A stretch of 64,000 bases of DNA from Calditrichia bacterium (lineage in GTDB: Bacteria > Calditrichota > Calditrichia > RBG-13-44-9 > J075). The number at the start of each line of letters is the position of its first letter. Positions within the stretch are counted from its first letter, which is position 1. The notes under the pieces were generated by a model. That model saw only the letters and a list, made by a program, of their open reading frames with translations. It made no database searches and was not told where the DNA came from. Location: positions 283,624 to 347,623 of the forward strand of contig JBOEGD010000007.1 of the NCBI GenBank assembly GCA_050633245.1, given 5' to 3'. Positions 1-9,036 of the stretch are shown in pieces. Both the position numbers and the translations under genes were made by a program.

Positions 1-138
1 GTCGACATAAGCCCGAAGTGCAATAGAGCTGGTCTGCTGGGCGACAGCCAGTGAATCTGCGCGTAGCGGGTACGCACTAATCAGAAGAAATGCGACGGCA
101 AGGAGTCGTTGTAAAATAGTAAATGCGTTGCGTGTCAT
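1..138 (-). CDS. Partial (5' end only) secreted protein, possibly BatD-like
   Basis: ATG at 138, frame open to the window edge: MTRNAFTILQRLLAVAFLLISAYPLRADSLAVAQQTSSIALRAYVD. Signal-peptide-like; product guess is weak. Confidence 0.5.
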   Translation of the reverse strand, partial: MTRNAFTILQRLLAVAFLLISAYPLRADSLAVAQQTSSIALRAYVD

Positions 139-237
139 TATAGTCTCAACCGTAGCGGGTATCCGTCAGTCTCTAATTACCATCTCCGGGTAGTTGACGA
201 CAATGTGCTTAAAAAAGTTTTATCCGGAAGATTTTAA

Positions 238-275
238 CAGGAACCTGAAGCGCATAGGCAGCCTTCAGATTCCTG
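238..275 (-). terminator. 13-bp stem-loop downstream of the TPR lipoprotein gene
   Basis: Minus strand CAGGAATCTGAAG-N12-CTTCAGGTTCCTG with one G-U pair; only a weak U-tract follows. Confidence 0.45.
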
Positions 276-322
276 AATACTGTTGTGGCAACAGCAAGCC
301 CGACCTATTGGTCTGAAGAACA

Positions 323-721
323 TTAATTTGCCGAGGGCTTATCGCCAGCTGGCTGTTCCCCGCCCAGGAAGGGTAGTTCCTCAACCGGCTTACCCAAATT
401 GGTAAGCTCATATTGAGCGTCGTCTGCCAAATCGTGTTCGGGAAACTTCTCAATGAACTTCGAGTAGTATTCTTTTGCGCGATCAAAATCTTTAAGATGG
501 TTTGCATTGATATACCCAACCATAAACAGCGACTTTGCGGCATAAACCCCTTCGGGGAAGTCGGTAGTAATACGAGCAAAGTTCTCTTCAGCCTTCTGCC
601 AATTTTCCTGTCCCATATACTGCTGAGCCTGATCAAAATAGTCTTTTTCACTCAGCTTATCTTCGCAGGCAGTAAATAGCAATCCAAAGAGCGCTACCAG
701 TAAAAGCCAACGTGATGTCAT
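323..721 (-). CDS. TPR lipoprotein (BamD/YfiO- or YbgF-like)
   Basis: ATG at 721 with GGAGG upstream; lipobox LLFTAC; TPR-type helices (AEENFARITTDFPEG, AKEYYSKFIEKFPEH). Confidence 0.8.
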   Translation of the reverse strand: MTSRWLLLVALFGLLFTACEDKLSEKDYFDQAQQYMGQENWQKAEENFARITTDFPEGVYAAKSLFMVGYINANHLKDFDRAKEYYSKFIEKFPEHDLADDAQYELTNLGKPVEELPFLGGEQPAGDKPSAN

Positions 722-762
722 ATCGCCTCCTAAAGCAGATTTAAATGTTGACATAGGCGCTA

Positions 763-791
763 AATATATCGGCTAGGCGTCAATAAAGCAA
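763..791 (-). promoter_or_regulatory. Putative sigma70-type promoter for the TPR lipoprotein gene
   Basis: TTGCTT-17 bp-TATATT on the minus strand. Confidence 0.5.
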
Positions 792-847
792 GTATAAAAG
801 GCAGGTTTTGAAGGGCGGTGGGTAACAGATGATGTGAACGAATAGGA

Positions 848-875
848 AACGGGTCGACACACGGGTCGACCCGTT
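848..875. repeat. REP-like palindrome, probably also a terminator
   Basis: AACGGGTCGAC-ACACGG-GTCGACCCGTT, perfect 11-bp stem just after the stop at 891. Confidence 0.7.
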
Positions 876-890
876 AAAAGATCCGGGCTT

Positions 891-1976
891 TTATTTCAAA
901 AGCACCATCTGTTTAATCTGCTGAGAGCCACCGGCAGACAAACGATAGAAATATATCCCGGCAGGTAAGTTTGCGGCATCAAAGGCCACACGATGCTGCC
1001 CGGATGTATGAAGTCCGCTGGCAAGTGTAGCAATTGCCTGACCGGCAACATTGTATACTGTCAACTCAGCCTCCATTGCGCGCGTCAGCTCATAGGCAAT
1101 TTCCGTAGTTGGGTTAAACGGGTTCGGATAGTTCTGATTTAACTGAAATCCCTTAACAGCCCTTTCTCTGTCCTCTCCAATTCCGGTCAGAGAATTTACT
1201 CGAAAATTAACAAACTCTGCCTGAGTAAAGTTCGGATTTGATTCATTATCCTGGCTGGTAACAATTGCCAGCGGACCAAACTCCTTGGTCACCCACTCAT
1301 ATTGAATATAGGTTCGCATGCTGGAAGAGATCGGCACACCGTTCACCACAACGGAAGTAAACTCTTGAACATCGCGGCGGATTCGTATTACATCAAAACT
1401 ACCAGCAGGGATTTCCATCGTGCCATAAGCATCATAGTTTCCATTAACGATACTGGAGTCGATACTCAGGAAAATACCGGGAATGCCAAAACGCATGACG
1501 TGAGTACTGGCAAATCCGTTACCCAATTGAATTGGAAAAGCTGCCAGCACTTCCTCGGGATCAAGCTTCAATGTAAACGTTGTATCAAGAGAGGAACCGC
1601 CTCCGCCATAGTAGCGAATATCGGCCGGGTTTATAGAAAAGAAAAAGTCGATGTTAATTGAATCTTCTACAAAGCTATAAGCGAAATTTGCATCAGGGAA
1701 TTCGCTGCTGAATGGACTGGTGGCGGGATCAACAATATTAAAGTCAAAGACCGTTCCATTTGGATACATCGTCTCATTAAATGTCCAGGTTTGCGGCCCG
1801 CCAGCCATACCAACATTAACGGCTTGCAAACCACCCTCAGATACTTCATAGTTACTATATGTATCACCAAAGTTTGGTGTAAAGTCACTTGAGTTAATCA
1901 CGATCTGACCAGATGCAAGCTGTGAAGCAAAAAGCAAAGTCGTAATTAGGGTAATAACGGTAGAGAATTTTTTCAT
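891..1976 (-). CDS. Secreted protein with T9SS type A / Por-secretion C-terminal domain
   Basis: Signal peptide MKKFSTV...ASG; C-terminus LNQNYPNPFNPTTEI...GIYFYRL...KQMVLLK; AGGAG RBS. Confidence 0.85.
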   Translation of the reverse strand: MKKFSTVITLITTLLFASQLASGQIVINSSDFTPNFGDTYSNYEVSEGGLQAVNVGMAGGPQTWTFNETMYPNGTVFDFNIVDPATSPFSSEFPDANFAYSFVEDSINIDFFFSINPADIRYYGGGGSSLDTTFTLKLDPEEVLAAFPIQLGNGFASTHVMRFGIPGIFLSIDSSIVNGNYDAYGTMEIPAGSFDVIRIRRDVQEFTSVVVNGVPISSSMRTYIQYEWVTKEFGPLAIVTSQDNESNPNFTQAEFVNFRVNSLTGIGEDRERAVKGFQLNQNYPNPFNPTTEIAYELTRAMEAELTVYNVAGQAIATLASGLHTSGQHRVAFDAANLPAGIYFYRLSAGGSQQIKQMVLLK

Positions 1977-2123
1977 CAAGGAGCTCCTTTGTAGGTGTTT
2001 GTATTCGCAAATAATCTATAAGGACGAAATATAGCCCTATCTGACTCAAAATAAATTATTGCGTTTCCACCTATTAGGAGTAGTAGACGTTAGTATTTCT
2101 CTCATGAAAGGTAAAACCGACAG

Positions 2124-2172
2124 TCTGCAATGAATAATGAACAATTGACAATGAACAATTGACAATGTTAAT
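2124..2172. repeat. Heptamer tandem repeat (TGAACAA/TTGACAA)
   Basis: tctgcaa tgaataa tgaacaa ttgacaa tgaacaa ttgacaa tgttaat, just after the GT2 stop. Confidence 0.8.
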
Positions 2173-2181
2173 AACGTATTC

Positions 2182-4272
2182 TTATTGGGATTGGAAAAGC
2201 CCGAGGATGGCACGGAAGATAATCTGAATATCCAAAAAAACCGATTGATTGCGAATATAGAAGAGATCGAACTGCTCGGCATCTTCCGGAGATTGGATGC
2301 GGTTTTTATTCAGCTGCACCAAACCAGTAATGCCCGGTTGATACCAATAGTCTGTATGTTCCACAGCGTTATTTGATTCCTGAATAACCGAACCAACCAG
2401 CGATAGCCTCCCACGCACCACTTCCCAAAGTTGTAACCAGCGATTCAGTAGCGCTGATCGAGACAGACCTTCTACTTGAAGAATGTTCAACTCCGGCTCC
2501 GTTCGACTGTAGATATCCAGCCGGTGCAAGCGTTTAACAAACAGTAATAAACCCGGCAAACAAAATATGCCAAGAAGTATCAAGCTAATCAAGCCGACTC
2601 CCATATCCATAACGCGTTTGCTAAGCCGATTAAATGGCTTACCGATGGCATAATCAACTTCAAGAAGTGGATAATCGTCCAGTCGTTCGATGGTCGACTT
2701 TCCAATTAAAAACTCCAGGTTTGCCGGGACAATTTTATATTCCAGCTGCGGCAGATCAATTTGGCTCATCGTCTGCAATATCTGTTCATAACTAAGCACA
2801 TCCGAGGCAAAAATCACCTGTTGAGCGCGATGAATGCGAATGAGTTGATCCAAATTTTCCAACCTACCCAAAACCGGAATGTCTGCATCGAGCAACTCGC
2901 GGTTCTCATCAGACGGAGTTACTGCACCAATCATATTGTAGCTGATATCGCGCAGGTCGCGGATTTTCTGCCAGAGCATTACCAGTCCGGCTCCACTTCC
3001 TACGAGCAAGGTAGGTCGAATAAAAATATCTTTACCCCATGCCGAGCGATCACCCTTAAAGAAATTTCGCAACACCTGACGCCAACCAATCATAAGTAAG
3101 GGAGTTGCAATTGCAGCCAGCAATACAACGCTTCGAGAGAAGGCGAATTGCTTTAAGAAAAAGGTTAGACAACCCAAAATGGTAAACGTAAGCAGAGTAT
3201 TTTTAATTATCCCCTGAATGGAAAGACGCTGTCGCGGATACACTTCCAGATAGGTTCCGCCCAAGACAAAGATGAACGAAGAAAGCGCATTAATCACCCA
3301 GTATTGCGAGAAGAAGTCTGCCCATAGGAAACCATCTTTAAACTGAAGTCGAATAATAAACGACACCAGAAGAACGATGTTAAGGATAAATAAATCCAGG
3401 ATTAGCGGAAAGTGTTCACGCAGAAAATTGCGGGTGTAAATAAACACCCCCCGTAGCACAATACCGATGACGATTAACCAGCGAAATAAAAAGATGCTGC
3501 CCTGCGCATAATATTTATCGAAAAATTGATAGAGAGCTTTGTTGAAGGTAACCACATAATCCACGTTGTTCTTCTTGGTACTCTCGCCCTTGTAGTGGAT
3601 AATCTGCGTCGTAGGAACATAATAGATGGTATGTCCGGCCTCGTTTATTCGATGACATAGATCGATGTCTTCGCAGTACATAAAGAATCGCTCATCAAAA
3701 TATCCGATTTCATCCAGCACGGCCTTTTTTACCATCATAAACGAACCAGAGATTGCCGGAACCGGATAGGTTTCATCCGGGTCGAGATAGGTAAGGTTAT
3801 AGCGAGCAAACAATTTGCTTTTAGGGAAAAGCTTACTTAAACCGGTCACCTTCCAGAAGGCAATCATTGGTGTCGGAATGCTATGGCGGCAATCGACAGC
3901 AAATGAACCATCCGGGTTAATGATTTTACAGGTAGCAGCATCAGCTTTAGGCTCCGACTCAAAAAATGCCAATAGTTTCGAGAACGTATCTTCCTGAACA
4001 ACGGTGTCCGGATTTATCATCACGACGTATTCACCGCGAACCTGTTCTAGGGCAAGATTGTTTGCTCTGCCAAACCCGAGATTTGTTTCGCTTGCAATCA
4101 TTTTCACATCTGGAAAGCGATTGCGAATATGCGCTACGCTATCGTCTACAGAGGCGTTATCTACTACAATTATTTCATTGCTGATATTCTCCAACGAGCG
4201 TTCCAGAGATAGCAATAGCTGCTCTAAATACTCTTTCACATTATAGTTGACGATAACAAAGGAAAGCTTCAA
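2182..4272 (-). CDS. GT2 glycosyltransferase (WbbL-like) fused to a WbaP/WcaJ-like membrane, Rossmann and degenerate sugar-transferase module
   Basis: N-term IVNYN, VVDNAS, NLGFG, INPDT, FDERFFMYCEDIDL; TM block; LLVGSG Rossmann-like; C-term KRVMD...SLVGS...PGITGLVQL. Confidence 0.85.
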   Translation of the reverse strand: MKLSFVIVNYNVKEYLEQLLLSLERSLENISNEIIVVDNASVDDSVAHIRNRFPDVKMIASETNLGFGRANNLALEQVRGEYVVMINPDTVVQEDTFSKLLAFFESEPKADAATCKIINPDGSFAVDCRHSIPTPMIAFWKVTGLSKLFPKSKLFARYNLTYLDPDETYPVPAISGSFMMVKKAVLDEIGYFDERFFMYCEDIDLCHRINEAGHTIYYVPTTQIIHYKGESTKKNNVDYVVTFNKALYQFFDKYYAQGSIFLFRWLIVIGIVLRGVFIYTRNFLREHFPLILDLFILNIVLLVSFIIRLQFKDGFLWADFFSQYWVINALSSFIFVLGGTYLEVYPRQRLSIQGIIKNTLLTFTILGCLTFFLKQFAFSRSVVLLAAIATPLLMIGWRQVLRNFFKGDRSAWGKDIFIRPTLLVGSGAGLVMLWQKIRDLRDISYNMIGAVTPSDENRELLDADIPVLGRLENLDQLIRIHRAQQVIFASDVLSYEQILQTMSQIDLPQLEYKIVPANLEFLIGKSTIERLDDYPLLEVDYAIGKPFNRLSKRVMDMGVGLISLILLGIFCLPGLLLFVKRLHRLDIYSRTEPELNILQVEGLSRSALLNRWLQLWEVVRGRLSLVGSVIQESNNAVEHTDYWYQPGITGLVQLNKNRIQSPEDAEQFDLFYIRNQSVFLDIQIIFRAILGLFQSQ

Positions 4273-6791
4273 GACTTTCCTCCTTCCCTTTTGCCCGGCT
4301 TATGGACAATTAGCAACAGACTGCGAAGCATGACGCGCACATCAAGCATCAGAGAGATATTCTCAGCATAAAAGATATCTACCTTTAAGCGTTCCTTCAG
4401 AACCTTCTGAGATTCATTGAAACGATAGCGTACTTGTGCAAGGCCTGTCACCCCGGGCCGCACCATCAAGCGACGATGCAGGAACTGTAGCTTATGTTGA
4501 TTGGTACGGTACCAATCAAGTGATTCCGGACGAGGTCCAACCAAACTCATATCTCCGCGAAGCACATTGTAGAGCTGCGGAATACGATAGAGTTGGGATA
4601 GGTATAGTCGACTACCGAATTTTGTCAGTTTAGTCGAATTTGCTTCCCCCTGATAGACAGTTTCAGTAATGCGATTCGGCTTACCCAGGCGAAACAACAC
4701 CATGTTAAATATCCGGCCATTTCTGCCAAGAATTGGAATGCGAACCAACACCCCTTTTCCAAAACGACCGCGAATTAGAAAACCAACTGGCAACCAAATC
4801 GGCAGTAGTATCAGGATTGCCATAGCAGACAAGAATATATCCATTAGCCGTTTTACCACCCACTGACCCAACACCATGTTTTCTGGAAAGACACGCACTA
4901 AGCCATGCCCGGCAAGTCCTGGTGTTTTGCCGGAAACTATTTCCCCCAGAGCCGGCAGCGTTTTAACAACCACCTGCAGACGGTCGCAGATTCCAATAAT
5001 CTGGAGTAGATCCTGTCGGGAGCGGCCGCTGATCGTCACAATAATTTCCTGAATACGATGTTGTTGAATGAGATTAGGCAAATCCTCGTAGCTGCCCAAA
5101 ACCGGATAGTCACCAAACTCACCGCCATTCGCTTTGCGATCGACAACACCGACAATTCGGTACAGAAGATGATCATTTTTTTCGATATCACGAATGATAT
5201 TGCGCGTCTTCCGGGTGGTTCCAATCAGCAGCGTATTTTTGAACGTATACTCCCAGAGATGCAGGCGCTTCTGAAATTCGATGATTAATAAACGCAGTCC
5301 GTTTACACAGACAATCATTACCAAACAATAAAAGCCAAGAGTATAAATTTGATTGCGATTGAGTGGCGACTTATCTGCCTGACCGAGGAGCAAATCCAAG
5401 TTCATTAACAGCAGAAAGAAGAGTGTGCCATAGCCGATTACTTTGGAGACACGTAACAACTTATCGAAACGACTGACATCCCAGCCCATGCGATACAGCC
5501 CGTTCATCCAAAAAAGCAGCAGCCAAAACCCGGTAAGAAATAAAAACGCCGGATTTTCCAGGTATTCCCAGAGGGCTTTATTTTCTTCTGCGAACTGCAT
5601 TCCAGATTGAAAGCGAAACCAAAAGGTAAGATACAGTGCCAGGAACATCCCCACGATATCGGATGTAAAGATAGCTATCTGATGCCAAATGCGATCCAGG
5701 TTTATCGGCGGACGTAGAGCAGCCGGCGTTTTGGTTTCATCTAATCCAAAGCTGACAATCTGCCGCGTTTCCACATAGCCAAGTCGCCATGCCCAAAATA
5801 ATGAGCAAGTAAGCGCTATTAAAAACAGAAAGGCGCCGGCAAGCTCCTGATAAAACACCATTAGCACACCAAGGATCGTATATAGCAGCGTTAGATAATA
5901 CATTAACCAAACGGTATCAATATGTGTCAATCCCAACTTTAGCAGGCGATGATGAATATGTTCTTTATCAGGCTTGAAGGGATGATCACCCCGGCCCATT
6001 CGTCGCAGGAAGGAAATGAGGGTATCAGTTATCGGCATACCCAAAAGCACGAGAGAAGCAAGAAAGTACACCTGATGACTTCCGGCGACTTTTAGCCCTT
6101 CGATTGACAAGCAGGCTAACAGATAGCCCAGCATCAGACTGCCAGTATCTCCCATAAATATGGATGCCGGGTGATAATTATGTTTGAGGAAACCAATTAT
6201 TCCACCAATAATTGCAACCGAGAGCACCGCGAGAAAGACGTTTCCTTTGATGAGTGCAATAGCCATAAATCCACTGCTGATAATCAAACTAATGCCACCG
6301 GCAAGGCCATCGAGACCATCTAATAGATTCACGGCATTGATGATAAACATAATCCACAGGATGGTAAATGGATAGCTAAACCAACCCAGAGCTAACGTTC
6401 CCTGCTCCGGGCCATAAAAAGCACCTATCAAACAACCGCCGCTGGCAGCAATAAATGCGGCGGCAAACTGTCCGCCAAACTTCTGCAGAGCAGATACGCC
6501 CTGAATATCATCTACAAATCCGGTCACCAGAATAATTATTAAACCAACCCAGAAATGCCAGGTTTGCAGCCAGGTATCGGTTGGCAATACACCAATTAAT
6601 GTAGCGACACCTACGCTTATCAGGAGACCGACAAAAATGCCGAATCCTCCCATAATAGGCTTAAAGTCTGTATGGATTTTTCGGGCACTGGGCAGCGCAC
6701 CGATGCGGAATTTCAGAGCCATCTTCCGGATGGCACCAACCGCCAGCAGTGAAGTAAAGACAGATGTTAAAAAAACTGCAATCGTCGCCAT
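4269..6791 (-). CDS. WecA/MraY-family polyprenyl-phosphate HexNAc-1-P transferase fused to a WbaP/WcaJ-like module
   Basis: WecA motifs GFVDD, NAVNLLDGLDGL, IFMGDTG, HIHH; then TM block, LLIGT Rossmann-like, KRLMD...GDMSLVGPRPE...PGVTGLAQV. Start placed at ATG 6791; the GTG at 6818 is possible. Confidence 0.85.
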   Translation of the reverse strand: MATIAVFLTSVFTSLLAVGAIRKMALKFRIGALPSARKIHTDFKPIMGGFGIFVGLLISVGVATLIGVLPTDTWLQTWHFWVGLIIILVTGFVDDIQGVSALQKFGGQFAAAFIAASGGCLIGAFYGPEQGTLALGWFSYPFTILWIMFIINAVNLLDGLDGLAGGISLIISSGFMAIALIKGNVFLAVLSVAIIGGIIGFLKHNYHPASIFMGDTGSLMLGYLLACLSIEGLKVAGSHQVYFLASLVLLGMPITDTLISFLRRMGRGDHPFKPDKEHIHHRLLKLGLTHIDTVWLMYYLTLLYTILGVLMVFYQELAGAFLFLIALTCSLFWAWRLGYVETRQIVSFGLDETKTPAALRPPINLDRIWHQIAIFTSDIVGMFLALYLTFWFRFQSGMQFAEENKALWEYLENPAFLFLTGFWLLLFWMNGLYRMGWDVSRFDKLLRVSKVIGYGTLFFLLLMNLDLLLGQADKSPLNRNQIYTLGFYCLVMIVCVNGLRLLIIEFQKRLHLWEYTFKNTLLIGTTRKTRNIIRDIEKNDHLLYRIVGVVDRKANGGEFGDYPVLGSYEDLPNLIQQHRIQEIIVTISGRSRQDLLQIIGICDRLQVVVKTLPALGEIVSGKTPGLAGHGLVRVFPENMVLGQWVVKRLMDIFLSAMAILILLPIWLPVGFLIRGRFGKGVLVRIPILGRNGRIFNMVLFRLGKPNRITETVYQGEANSTKLTKFGSRLYLSQLYRIPQLYNVLRGDMSLVGPRPESLDWYRTNQHKLQFLHRRLMVRPGVTGLAQVRYRFNESQKVLKERLKVDIFYAENISLMLDVRVMLRSLLLIVHKPGKREGGKS

Positions 6792-6828
6792 ATCATCCCT
6801 GGCTTTGTGAAAAAGCACTAATCAAGGT

Positions 6829-6857
6829 AATCTAAAGTACCGGCTGGATTTGCACAA
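6829..6857 (-). promoter_or_regulatory. Putative promoter for the WecA-fusion/GT2 pair
   Basis: TTGTGC-17 bp-TAGATT on the minus strand. Confidence 0.4.
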
Positions 6858-6870
6858 GGGAAATAGAAGG

Positions 6871-6896
6871 GACGGGGTGACGGGGTGACGGGGTGA
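6871..6896 (+). repeat. Octamer tandem repeat (GACGGGGT)x3
   Basis: gacggggt gacggggt gacggggt ga; partly complementary to gtcaccttgtca at 7353-7364. Confidence 0.85.
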
Positions 6897-6962
6897 TTAT
6901 CCAAAATTTTAGCTGTCTTCCAGAATATATAGTAGGCAACCAAGAGTAAAGGTGGAACAGAT

Positions 6963-7340
6963 ATGAGGAAAATCAGAAGTCACAAACGGCTTCTTGTGTA
7001 CCAAAATGCTTTTGAGGCGGCAATGTTAATTCTTGAATTATCCAAAACTTTCCCAATCTCAGAACGCTTTGAGCTCACAAACCAAATCAGAAGATCGTCA
7101 CGCTCGGTATGTGCAAACCTTGCTGAGGCCTGGAGAAAGAGGCGATATAAAGCAGCCTTCATTGCTAAACTAAGCGATTGTGAATCAGAGGCTTGCGAGA
7201 CACAGGTTCATTTAGAATTCTCTGTACGGTGCGGTTATCTGAATGAGGACACTTCTGTAGAATTAAATAAACAATACGATCATATTATTGCTCAATTAAT
7301 TACAATGATTAGAAGTTCAGACAAGTGGGTTACTGGCTAA
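6963..7340 (+). CDS. Four-helix-bundle protein (23S rRNA intervening-sequence protein family)
   Basis: 125 aa; family motifs LLVYQNA, FPISERFELTNQIRRSSRSVCANLAEAWRKRRY, SEACETQVHL. Confidence 0.9.
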   Translation: MRKIRSHKRLLVYQNAFEAAMLILELSKTFPISERFELTNQIRRSSRSVCANLAEAWRKRRYKAAFIAKLSDCESEACETQVHLEFSVRCGYLNEDTSVELNKQYDHIIAQLITMIRSSDKWVTG

Positions 7341-7368
7341 CCTTTTTTCTTAGTCACCTTGTCAATTT

Positions 7369-9036
7369 CTACCTTCCATAATTCAGAGTTATGTTAAAAC
7401 GATTGGCTGAAAGATCGGCGGTATCTTCATCTGCTGCAATGCGAGCAAGATTACTTTTTTCAAAGCATCCGGTTAAAAACAGCAAATGTGCGATTTCGTA
7501 GCTGGCCTCAATCCCCCACTCCGTGAGTTTGTTGTAACGAAATAAATCGTCGGACAAAAAACCTGGTCTCGGCAACTGATACTGCTGAACGGTTGTTCCT
7601 TCATCGCCGTTGCGAACGCGTCTTCCCCAAATGGAAGCCTGTACGCCGCGGCGAATGCGATAGTTTAACTTGCCATACCAGGAATCACTGTTATTACCAA
7701 TCCAGTGTCCCAAGCGATAATTACTGCTGGTATAGGTGGTAGACGGGATAAAGTGTTGATATACGAATGGATTAATCCGGCTGTATTCCCCGCTGATAGT
7801 CAGATTGTCAATTCCCGGATCGGTGGTTGATGCACCAATAGTCCATGCAAAACTATTGATCTGCTTCTCTGCGTTAAAGATATCGCCTACCGCAACGTCG
7901 TCCATAAAGAAGTCGAGGAACAGGTGCGTATTAGGGACGTGATCTCGTGAACTGAAGGCTACGAAAAACTGAGCATTATCTCCTGCACTATTATCGCGAT
8001 TGGAAACTAAGTGGTCAGTAAGTCGATAAAAGTTCAGCGGCATTAGATAAGCCAGCTCCAATCGATCGCTGTAAACCATGGATTCACCGATGGCAAAGCG
8101 AAAGCCTCTAAATGGACGAAGTGTTAGCGTATGCGAGGCAATATATTTGTCGCGGAATACTTTGCGCAAGCGACCGTCTTCCAACAGATAGCTTCGGGAA
8201 GAATCAACTTGAACGCTCTCGAGCCACCCGTGAAAATAGTTAAAACTAATCCACTCGGCAGGCTGCAAATCTAATCTTAAGAATGGAAATGAAGGCGCTT
8301 TAGTAGAGAGTACCACATTACCGTCCTGCGCATATCCCCAGGTCATAACATCTTTACCAATAGCAAAGCTACCCCAGTCCCAGCCTGTGGCGATATAGTT
8401 ATTTGTCTCACTGTATTCGATCGACTCGTTCTCATCTTGCGCATCGAGAATTACACCCGTCTCGCGCGAGAATGCTTTGGTACGATCAATGTTATCGCCT
8501 TTTTCAAGATTATCACGAAAGTCGAAGCTGTAGGCGAGATAGTCCGTCAAATATCCTTCCAGTCGGATACCATTCCAGCGATGGCTTTCACTCTCGCCAT
8601 CGTTTTGCCCAATTTCCTGACCATAGATTGGATCGCCATTCAGTGTAAATCGTTCGTCATGATACGAAAAAAAACGCCAGCGATCTGCCTTATCTTTACG
8701 AAGAAGTCCAAATTCATAGCCATCAGGTTTCTTCTTTGCAATACGCTCCACTTCGGGGTTAAACTCACGCATCAAAAAGTTAAGTTCATCGCGATCAACA
8801 GCGGTAAGTTCGTCGCTTTTCTCCTGCGCTTCTAATAGCTTGCGAGCAATATAATCTCGTCCTACTGGCTTAACCACATCGTTAAACTCGACAATGCCCT
8901 TCTGGCTCAGCCGTTCCATAAACGTATACACTTCGCGGTGCAGCGGCTCGAATACGGGCTGGCTGAAAGAATAGCTGGAAGCCAGAAGTAAGAAGGCAAG
9001 AGCTGATAATTGATTATTGATAAATGATAATTTCAA
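7369..9036 (-). CDS. Capsule assembly Wzi-family outer-membrane protein
   Basis: Signal peptide; GKDVMTWG...VVLSTKAPSFP, IGESMVYS, DNAQF, EYSRINPFVYQH, LGHWIGNNSD; beta-barrel-like C-terminal strand. Confidence 0.7.
   Translation of the reverse strand: MKLSFINNQLSALAFLLLASSYSFSQPVFEPLHREVYTFMERLSQKGIVEFNDVVKPVGRDYIARKLLEAQEKSDELTAVDRDELNFLMREFNPEVERIAKKKPDGYEFGLLRKDKADRWRFFSYHDERFTLNGDPIYGQEIGQNDGESESHRWNGIRLEGYLTDYLAYSFDFRDNLEKGDNIDRTKAFSRETGVILDAQDENESIEYSETNNYIATGWDWGSFAIGKDVMTWGYAQDGNVVLSTKAPSFPFLRLDLQPAEWISFNYFHGWLESVQVDSSRSYLLEDGRLRKVFRDKYIASHTLTLRPFRGFRFAIGESMVYSDRLELAYLMPLNFYRLTDHLVSNRDNSAGDNAQFFVAFSSRDHVPNTHLFLDFFMDDVAVGDIFNAEKQINSFAWTIGASTTDPGIDNLTISGEYSRINPFVYQHFIPSTTYTSSNYRLGHWIGNNSDSWYGKLNYRIRRGVQASIWGRRVRNGDEGTTVQQYQLPRPGFLSDDLFRYNKLTEWGIEASYEIAHLLFLTGCFEKSNLARIAADEDTADLSANRFNITLNYGR

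Noticed and set aside
265-651. Alternative-frame ORFs over the TPR lipoprotein, and the many other short overlapping ORFs in the track
   Set aside because: They overlap well-supported genes and show no family motifs.
6963-7340. Four-helix-bundle gene as the Avd of a diversity-generating retroelement
   Set aside because: No reverse transcriptase and no template/variable repeat pair seen in the window.
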